Shown: positions 58,467 to 64,000 of the stretch, piece by piece
Numbering within the stretch: the first letter of the stretch is position 1
How the letters are laid out: every line of letters begins with the position of its first letter
From: an uncultured Gammaproteobacteria bacterium
GTDB taxonomy: Bacteria > Patescibacteriota > Microgenomatia > Levybacterales > GWA1-39-11
Direction of reading: 5' to 3'
Assembly (NCBI GenBank): GCA_964425075.1
Contig: CAYRKM010000001.1
Coordinates: 523,060-587,059, forward strand
DNA length: 64,000 nucleotides
Made by a program: the position numbers and the translations under genes
Notes under the pieces: model-generated
What the model saw: only the letters and a program-made list of their open reading frames with translations
The model's database searches: none
Told to the model about the DNA's origin: nothing

Positions 58467-58790
58467 ATGTCAGCATCAAATAGGGAGCCATCGATTCGGT
58501 CGTTCCGCGACCTGCTGGTTTCGAGCTGGACAGAGGACAAGTTCGCGTTCGTGATCTACGTGATCTTCTTCTTGGGTCCCGTGGTCACCTTCGCCGGGTC
58601 TCTGGCCTGGTCATGGGTCGGGTATGTGGCGATCCTATGGCTACTAGGTGTAGTCTGGATTTGTGCCACTGCAGTTTACATAGCGCTCGGAGATAACGAG
58701 GAACAAGTCAACCGCAAGTCAGGGGTAAGTTGGTTGCAGGTCGGGTTTGTTGCGATCATCCTGATCGCGATGCTCTACGCCATCAAGTAG
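58467..58790 (+). CDS. Hypothetical small membrane protein (3 TM), GC-rich
   Basis: GGGAGG SD upstream of ATG 58467; three hydrophobic segments. Confidence 0.75.
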   Translation: MSASNREPSIRSFRDLLVSSWTEDKFAFVIYVIFFLGPVVTFAGSLAWSWVGYVAILWLLGVVWICATAVYIALGDNEEQVNRKSGVSWLQVGFVAIILIAMLYAIK

Positions 58791-58881
58791 AGTTCCGGGC
58801 AACCGGAACTTGCCAATCAACCCAGTTCGTGGGTCAAGTCTGACTTGACTCACCATTCGCCGAAAGTCAGAAGGGAGCGCC

Positions 58882-59286
58882 ATGTCTGCGCTTGTTGGTT
58901 TCATTCTTCCCTTGTGGGTCGTGCTGAGCATGCTCGGCACGACGCTCGGACTTACACCCGAGCAGACACAGGACAAGAACGTACACATCTCATCTGCCGA
59001 GGGGAAGCCTTACACAGGTTTTTCCTGCGACTGGGAGCTCTTCCCTGACGGCGGCGCGGGCTGGTTTGACGACCAGTGCGGCGGATTGCCGCCTCGGACC
59101 GTCGTGATCTACTGGCGCAACGTTGACCCGGCCGTCTACGGGGATGACTACATCCGCTACGTGCTTCGCCACGAGGTGGAGCACCTGCTTCGCGGACGCG
59201 ACGGTCCATCTGGGGACCTCAACAACGAAACTGCGGCGAAAGCTGCAGGCTGCGCTGCATCACCAGGCTGGTGGTGCGATTGGTGA
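58882..59286 (+). CDS. Putative secreted minimal zinc metallopeptidase (HExxH), GC-rich
   Basis: AGGGAG SD; hydrophobic N-terminus; YVLRHEVEHLL with downstream NNE; four Cys. Confidence 0.7.
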   Translation: MSALVGFILPLWVVLSMLGTTLGLTPEQTQDKNVHISSAEGKPYTGFSCDWELFPDGGAGWFDDQCGGLPPRTVVIYWRNVDPAVYGDDYIRYVLRHEVEHLLRGRDGPSGDLNNETAAKAAGCAASPGWWCDW

Positions 59287-59353
59287 ACAAACAAGCCAGT
59301 GAGTTGGGGTAGGCGCCCCGATCACCATTCAGCTAGGACTAAGGAGGAACGAG

Positions 59354-59590
59354 ATGGTCTTAACCGAAATGGGTGGAGGCTTTGATGAAAGGCCAAGGAC
59401 GGAGCATGACTCTGATGACGGCGCATCAAGCGACGAGCAGATTCGCGGAGTGGTGATCTACTCCCGAAGCAAGAGGACGTTCATCTTTCGGTCGTCAGGC
59501 CAGCCTGACATCGAAGGACGACGCGGCATCTGGTTCAATGATGATGGTGTGGGGAGGTTCCCCAACGACTTCCCGACCCGTCGATGGTAG
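59354..59590 (+). CDS. Hypothetical small protein, GC-rich
   Basis: TAAGGAGG SD upstream of ATG; 78 aa; no motif. Confidence 0.7.
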   Translation: MVLTEMGGGFDERPRTEHDSDDGASSDEQIRGVVIYSRSKRTFIFRSSGQPDIEGRRGIWFNDDGVGRFPNDFPTRRW

Positions 59591-59625
59591 ACTGATCTCC
59601 GCTCCCCGCTCGCGCGGGGCAAAGT

Positions 59626-59674
59626 GCATGGGGCCTCCTACGCGTTACAACGCTACGGAGGCCCTCGTGCTTTT
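59626..59674 (+). terminator. Terminal hairpin/terminator of the GC-rich unit
   Basis: GCATGGGGCCTCC...GGAGGCCCTCGTGC stem followed by TTTT; smaller hairpin CCCCGC-TCGC-GCGGGG at 59604-59619. Confidence 0.7.
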
Positions 59675-59735
59675 AATGACGATATAGTTTGACTTCTTGA
59701 AAATCTCCAGTATCTTTAGTTTAATTATCTAACTT

Positions 59736-59981
59736 ATGACATTGACTAAATCGGACCTTGTCGAAATCACGAAGATAGTAGCTCCTTTAGCTCAAGACAT
59801 ACAGGATGTTAAGAAAGATGTCCAAAATGTAAAAAAAGATGTTTTGGATATAAAAAAAAGGGTTAGGAAGATCGAAAAAAATGTAGATTTGTTGGCTCGT
59901 GTTTCCGATGCAACTGATGTACGGCTTGAAAAAAGAGTGAAGAGAATTGAAAAACACCTCGATTTACCCGCTGATAACTGA
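59736..59981 (+). CDS. Small coiled-coil hypothetical protein
   Basis: Heptad pattern DIQDVKKDVQNVKKDVLDIKK; ends RVKRIEKHL. Confidence 0.75.
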   Translation: MTLTKSDLVEITKIVAPLAQDIQDVKKDVQNVKKDVLDIKKRVRKIEKNVDLLARVSDATDVRLEKRVKRIEKHLDLPADN

Positions 59982-60058
59982 ACTTCATTTTATAAGTTTA
60001 AATTTAGACTTTTTATATCTTGCAAAACGAACAATGAATATGTTTAAGATTAAGAAAC

Positions 60059-60910
60059 TTGAGAAAAAGTTTTGGATTCATTCTTTTATCTATTCTTTTT
60101 CTAGCCTGGACTGGAAGAGTCTATGCTGCGTCAGTTACCTATCTTGAATCTCCCCAAGACTCAGCGTTTACATCAGTGGACGAACTTACATTTCAAATTA
60201 AACTTAGCATCAACGTTTCAAACAACACAAATTATTATCTCAGGGGAGTTTTTTACAAAAAGGACACTAGTAATTATTGTGGCTTCACGTGGAATGGTAG
60301 CGCTTTTTTTAGTGGACCTTATTCCACAAATGAGGGTTGGAAACAATTTCCAAAAGTAACAATTCAGGAAAATAATTGGGAAGGAGAGATAAGGGTAAAA
60401 ATTGATAATAACGATAATGGTTGTAGTGAAAGTGGAGAGTATGGGTTCAAACTTCAGCGTTTTACTGAAAGTGGTTCTGCGACATTTGATACGCAGGATG
60501 AGAAGCTTTTTACTTTCATAATTCCTACACCTACTCCAACTCTATCCCCCACATCAACACCAACGCCGACTTCAAAACCCACAAAATCACCAACCCCTGT
60601 TAAATCTGGGCCAACTGCAACTCCATCAAAATCACCCACATCAACTTCCACAAAATCACTCACTCCTACCTTTTCATCCAATATTTCCCCTACACCAACT
60701 ACTTCTTCTTTCGGAAAGAAGAGCACGGTTTTAGGTTTGAATAACACTCAAGATGAGATACCCACTCCAACAATTACGATAAAAGAGGACGAGAAAAGTT
60801 CTTCTTCAGGCAAGATTATTGTTGTTGCTGGTGGAGTTCTTCTTGCCTTGTCCAGTGGCGCATTGATGTATAAAAAATACAAAAAAGAAAAAGACGAGGA
60901 GCTTTTTTAA
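60059..60910 (+). CDS. Hypothetical surface protein (signal peptide, globular domain, Pro/Thr linker, C-terminal TM anchor)
   Basis: VYAA cleavage-like site, PTPTPT tract, C-terminal TM followed by a basic tail; TTG start. Confidence 0.8.
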   Translation: MRKSFGFILLSILFLAWTGRVYAASVTYLESPQDSAFTSVDELTFQIKLSINVSNNTNYYLRGVFYKKDTSNYCGFTWNGSAFFSGPYSTNEGWKQFPKVTIQENNWEGEIRVKIDNNDNGCSESGEYGFKLQRFTESGSATFDTQDEKLFTFIIPTPTPTLSPTSTPTPTSKPTKSPTPVKSGPTATPSKSPTSTSTKSLTPTFSSNISPTPTTSSFGKKSTVLGLNNTQDEIPTPTITIKEDEKSSSSGKIIVVAGGVLLALSSGALMYKKYKKEKDEELF

Positions 60911-60941
60911 TGTATTCGTACTAAAATACATATATAGATAA

Positions 60942-61367
60942 ATGAAAATACATACATTAAGTGAGGAAGAAACAATAAAGGTCGGTGAGGAATTTGGTGG
61001 TGATCTTAAGGGTGGGGATATAGTATTGTTGGCAGGTAATTTGGGGGCAGGTAAAACAACTTTTATAAAGGGAGTTGCAAGGGCTCTTAATGTGCCAACT
61101 CGTGTTATTTCTCCAACTTTTGTTATTTCAAGAACACACAAAGCAGATCACAACGCAATCAAGCAAATGTATCATTTAGATTTGTATCGCTTACAAAGCG
61201 AGAGAGAGGTAAAGGACATTGATATAAAAAGCATGGTTGATAATGAATCAGTTATATTGATAGAGTGGCCGGAACTATCATATTCCTCCCTAACCCCTCC
61301 TTATTACAAAGTAGAAATAGAATATGAGGGAGACGGACGAAAAATAGCAATTCATTATGCCCAGTGA
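60942..61367 (+). CDS. tsaE: tRNA threonylcarbamoyladenosine biosynthesis ATPase TsaE
   Basis: GNLGAGKTTF, SPTF, HLDLYRL, IEWP. Confidence 0.95.
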   Translation: MKIHTLSEEETIKVGEEFGGDLKGGDIVLLAGNLGAGKTTFIKGVARALNVPTRVISPTFVISRTHKADHNAIKQMYHLDLYRLQSEREVKDIDIKSMVDNESVILIEWPELSYSSLTPPYYKVEIEYEGDGRKIAIHYAQ

Positions 61368-61944
61368 AGAGTCCGTTAAAATCTTAAAAGAGGGTGGGGT
61401 TGTTATATTCCCGACTGATACTGCTGTAGGAATAGGCTGTAGGATAAATGACGAAAAAGCAATAGAAAGAATTTACGAAATACGTCACAGGCCACCAGAA
61501 AAACCACTATTAATTCTAGTTAGCTCTTTTGAAATGGCGGAAGAATACGCTCTTCCACTTTCTGAAAAAATAAAAAAGATTTTGCATAAATATTGGCCAG
61601 GAGGGGTAACTTTTATTTTGCCTGCTAATTCTCAGAAGGTTTTGCCTATTGTTCGTGCTGGTAAGTCAACTATTGCAATCCGATTTCCTCAACACAAAGA
61701 GATTGTTGAAATAATAAAAAAAGTTGGAGTACCAATTGTTGCACCATCCGCAAATTTTTCTGGTGAGAGAACACCGCTAACAATTGAAGAAGTTGATGAA
61801 AATCTTAAAAAAAAGGTTGACTTTGTACTAACTGGTATGTGTACAATGAAAGGCGTTTCGACAATTGTTGATTTAACAACTAATCCCTATCAAATCGTAA
61901 GAGAAGGTGTCGTAACGATAGATGATGAAGACATTGTTTCTTGA
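61357..61944 (+). CDS. tsaC: L-threonylcarbamoyladenylate synthase (TsaC/Sua5/YrdC)
   Basis: FPTDT..GIGC, R...KPL, WPGGVT, APSANFSG, STIVD. Confidence 0.93.
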   Translation: MPSEESVKILKEGGVVIFPTDTAVGIGCRINDEKAIERIYEIRHRPPEKPLLILVSSFEMAEEYALPLSEKIKKILHKYWPGGVTFILPANSQKVLPIVRAGKSTIAIRFPQHKEIVEIIKKVGVPIVAPSANFSGERTPLTIEEVDENLKKKVDFVLTGMCTMKGVSTIVDLTTNPYQIVREGVVTIDDEDIVS

Positions 61945-62239
61945 CACTTCTGACAGTAGCAATATAAATGCAAAACTTGAGATTGATGGGAATGTTTTTG
62001 AGGAGATAAGCACAGCAAAAACCAAACGCCCTGAATCAATTCTTATTTTGGTAGAAAAACTTCTTAAAAAGGCAAACCTAAATTTTTCAGAAATAGATAC
62101 AATAAAAGTAAAAAGAGGCCCCGGTTCTTATACTGGACTTAAAGTAGGAACAAGTATTGCAAATGCTCTTTCGTTTGCATTGCAAAAACAAGTCAACGAC
62201 AAAGACTTAGGTGATTTTGAAGAACCACAATATACTTAA
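61922..62239 (+). CDS. tsaB: TsaB, N-terminal domain only (~105 aa)
   Basis: LDTS, GPGSYTGLKVG..ANAL; adjacent to tsaE and tsaC. Confidence 0.85.
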   Translation: MMKTLFLDTSDSSNINAKLEIDGNVFEEISTAKTKRPESILILVEKLLKKANLNFSEIDTIKVKRGPGSYTGLKVGTSIANALSFALQKQVNDKDLGDFEEPQYT

Positions 62240-62241
62240 AT

Positions 62242-63189
62242 ATGTTTTCTTATTTACGTCATCTTTTAGTACCTCATCAAAGAAATAATCATAGAGCAAA
62301 AATTCTTCATAACTCCTCTCTTTTTTTTCTAAGCATTTTATTTCTTTTTTCTACAACACTTACTATTCTTGTAAATTCATATCATCCTGAAGTTTTGGGT
62401 GTTTCATATTCAATTTCGGATTCTGAATTACTCAATTTAGTAAATTATGAAAGAGGCCAAAGAGGACTTTCAGCGTTATCATTAAATGGTCAACTATCTC
62501 AAGCAGCTGCAGGGAAAGCATCTCACATGTTCTCTAATAATTATTGGGCACACTTTGCACCGGATGGTACCTCGCCGTGGGGATTTATAAAAGGGGCAGG
62601 ATATAATTATTTGTACGCAGGAGAAAATTTGGCAAAAGGTTTTACGAATTCATCTGATGTTGTTAATGCGTGGATGAATTCACCGACTCATCGTGAAAAT
62701 CTTTTGTCTCCTCAATTTAAAGACGTTGGATTCTCTATTTCTTCAGGAACACTTCAAGGAGAGGAAACCGTGTTAATTGTTCAAATGTTTGGCGCAACAA
62801 CAAATACCGCATTTGCACCACCACAAAGTGTTGAAGCACCAACGGTTCCTGCGCAGGTAAATTCGGTTCCGCAAATAACTATTATCCCCACACCCACTCC
62901 TTTTCCAACGCTTCCAGTTCAGGGAATTGTAGTTGCACAGAACATAACCCCAAAGGGATACATCGAGCCAAGTAGTTACAAATTTAACCCAATTATTGAC
63001 GCAATCTTTGGAACAAAAGTTATTACATTTGGAATATTAGTCTTGATATTAATTGCACTTATAACAGACTTTATGGTAGTCGAGAAAAATAGAATTCCAA
63101 GAATTGTTGGGAACAATATTGATCATATTTTACTTATTTCACTATTTCTTGTATTTATTTTGATATCACGATTAGGTACAGTTATTTAA
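62242..63189 (+). CDS. CAP/SCP domain membrane protein
   Basis: LVNYER, YWAH, AGENLA, WMNSPTHRENLL; N- and C-terminal TMs. Confidence 0.9.
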   Translation: MFSYLRHLLVPHQRNNHRAKILHNSSLFFLSILFLFSTTLTILVNSYHPEVLGVSYSISDSELLNLVNYERGQRGLSALSLNGQLSQAAAGKASHMFSNNYWAHFAPDGTSPWGFIKGAGYNYLYAGENLAKGFTNSSDVVNAWMNSPTHRENLLSPQFKDVGFSISSGTLQGEETVLIVQMFGATTNTAFAPPQSVEAPTVPAQVNSVPQITIIPTPTPFPTLPVQGIVVAQNITPKGYIEPSSYKFNPIIDAIFGTKVITFGILVLILIALITDFMVVEKNRIPRIVGNNIDHILLISLFLVFILISRLGTVI

Positions 63190-63190
63190 T

Positions 63191-63454
63191 ATGAAAAAAC
63201 ATCCTTCGCACGTTCTTTTTTATATGCTTGAAATAGTAATTATTGTGGGAACTTTTGCAATGATTTTAACAATGGGGTTTTCTATTTGGACGGAATTAAT
63301 CTTTCTTATCAGTATGCTTACCTCATACACTATTCTTGGTATTTTACATCATAGGGTTCATCATGATATAAAAGGAAAGGTTGTGTTAGAATATATTTTA
63401 GTGAGCATATTGATACTCACTTTATATTTGTTTTTAAATATTACTAGAATATGA
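63191..63454 (+). CDS. Hypothetical small membrane protein
   Basis: Three hydrophobic segments, GILHH..VVLEY; tightly coupled to neighbours. Confidence 0.7.
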   Translation: MKKHPSHVLFYMLEIVIIVGTFAMILTMGFSIWTELIFLISMLTSYTILGILHHRVHHDIKGKVVLEYILVSILILTLYLFLNITRI

Positions 63455-64000
63455 AAGGAATGATTTTAGCCGGTGGGCTTGCAACACGTTTAAGACCCCT
63501 GACACTAGTCACCAACAAACATCTTCTTCCTGTTTACAACAAACCAATGATTTATTATCCAATTGAAGCAATGCAAAAGGCTGGGATTGATGAGGTATTG
63601 CTTACAACGTCGCCCGGGCATGCTGGTCAATTTGCGAATCTTCTTGAGTCAGGCAAAGAGTTTGAAATGAGAATTTACTATGGTGTTCAGGATAATCCTA
63701 AAGGAGGGATTGCAGATGCTATTATGCTTGCAAAAGACTTTGCGAAGGGAGACAAGTTGTTAGTAATACTTGGAGACAATATTTTTAATTTTGATATCAA
63801 GTCGGCAGTTGATAAATTTTCTCAAAAAGAACAGGGAGCAATGGTTTTTGGGGTTAGTATGCCAACAGAGTCTAGACAATATGGTGTCATAGAGACTGAT
63901 CATGAAGGTCGAGTGATATCTATTGAAGAAAAGCCAGAGCATCCAAAATCCGACATAGCCCAAACCGGAATTTACATGTATGACGAAAGAGTTTTTTCTT
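63451..64000 (+). CDS. Glucose-1-phosphate thymidylyltransferase-family sugar nucleotidyltransferase, partial, runs off window end
   Basis: Not in the ORF track; hand-translated MKGMILAGGLATRLRPLT..TNKHLLPVYNKPMIYYPI...GGIADA...ILGDN...EEKP. Confidence 0.92.
   Translation, partial: MKGMILAGGLATRLRPLTLVTNKHLLPVYNKPMIYYPIEAMQKAGIDEVLLTTSPGHAGQFANLLESGKEFEMRIYYGVQDNPKGGIADAIMLAKDFAKGDKLLVILGDNIFNFDIKSAVDKFSQKEQGAMVFGVSMPTESRQYGVIETDHEGRVISIEEKPEHPKSDIAQTGIYMYDERVFS

Noticed and set aside
58259-59209. Alternative ORFs in the GC-rich unit (58259-58540, 58719-58988, 58845-59048, 58952-59209, 58990-59184)
   Set aside because: Open frames are expected at high GC; they lack SD sequences and overlap the three SD-led ORFs
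58412-59330. Integron attC sites or tRNA-like elements as the identity of the repeated hairpins
   Set aside because: No RYYYAAC/GTTRRRY ends, too short for attC, no integrase in the window, and no cloverleaf or T-loop consensus
58202-59692. ATAGTTTGA at both borders of the GC-rich unit (58202-58210 and 59684-59692) as a target-site duplication
   Set aside because: Only 9 AT-rich bp and both copies overlap plausible -35 boxes, so chance or promoter constraint explains it; worth rechecking against an empty site
60520-60710. Pro/Thr-coding repeats (also in the genes at 7923, 56951 and 62242)
   Set aside because: Ordinary low-complexity linkers of surface proteins, not DNA-level repeat elements
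1-64000. Alternative genetic code (TGA read as Gly or Trp)
   Set aside because: Conserved genes are full length in code 11 and several end at TGA at the expected position (rny, hup, reductase); RF2 is present

Overview
AT-rich bacterial chromosome segment in the standard genetic code (TGA used as stop). The gene repertoire looks like a Candidate Phyla Radiation/Patescibacteria genome, probably Microgenomates-like; this is inferred from the class I LysRS, split transketolase, type IV pilus cluster, half-size TsaB and leaderless starts. It is mostly housekeeping genes (rny, hup, miaA, rnpB, UvrD-nuclease, rmuC, topA, tsaD/E/C/B, greA, lysS, rdgB, serS, secA, prfB, ftsEX) plus cell-wall and pilus genes, interrupted by accessory inserts. 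Four observations stand out. (1) A GC-rich, integrase-free transcription unit at 58207-59674 has a consensus promoter, a four-hairpin leader with a boxA-like site, and three orphan genes, each preceded by a related hairpin and a strong Shine-Dalgarno sequence, in a genome where many genes appear leaderless. (2) The FtsEX-associated EnvC-like protein has a circularly permuted M23 peptidase domain. (3) The 3' ends of secA and rnpB are duplicated around inserted DNA. (4) A transposase-less pair of IS200/IS605-like ends lies upstream of topA. All calls come from motif recognition and manual base-pairing; no searches were run.
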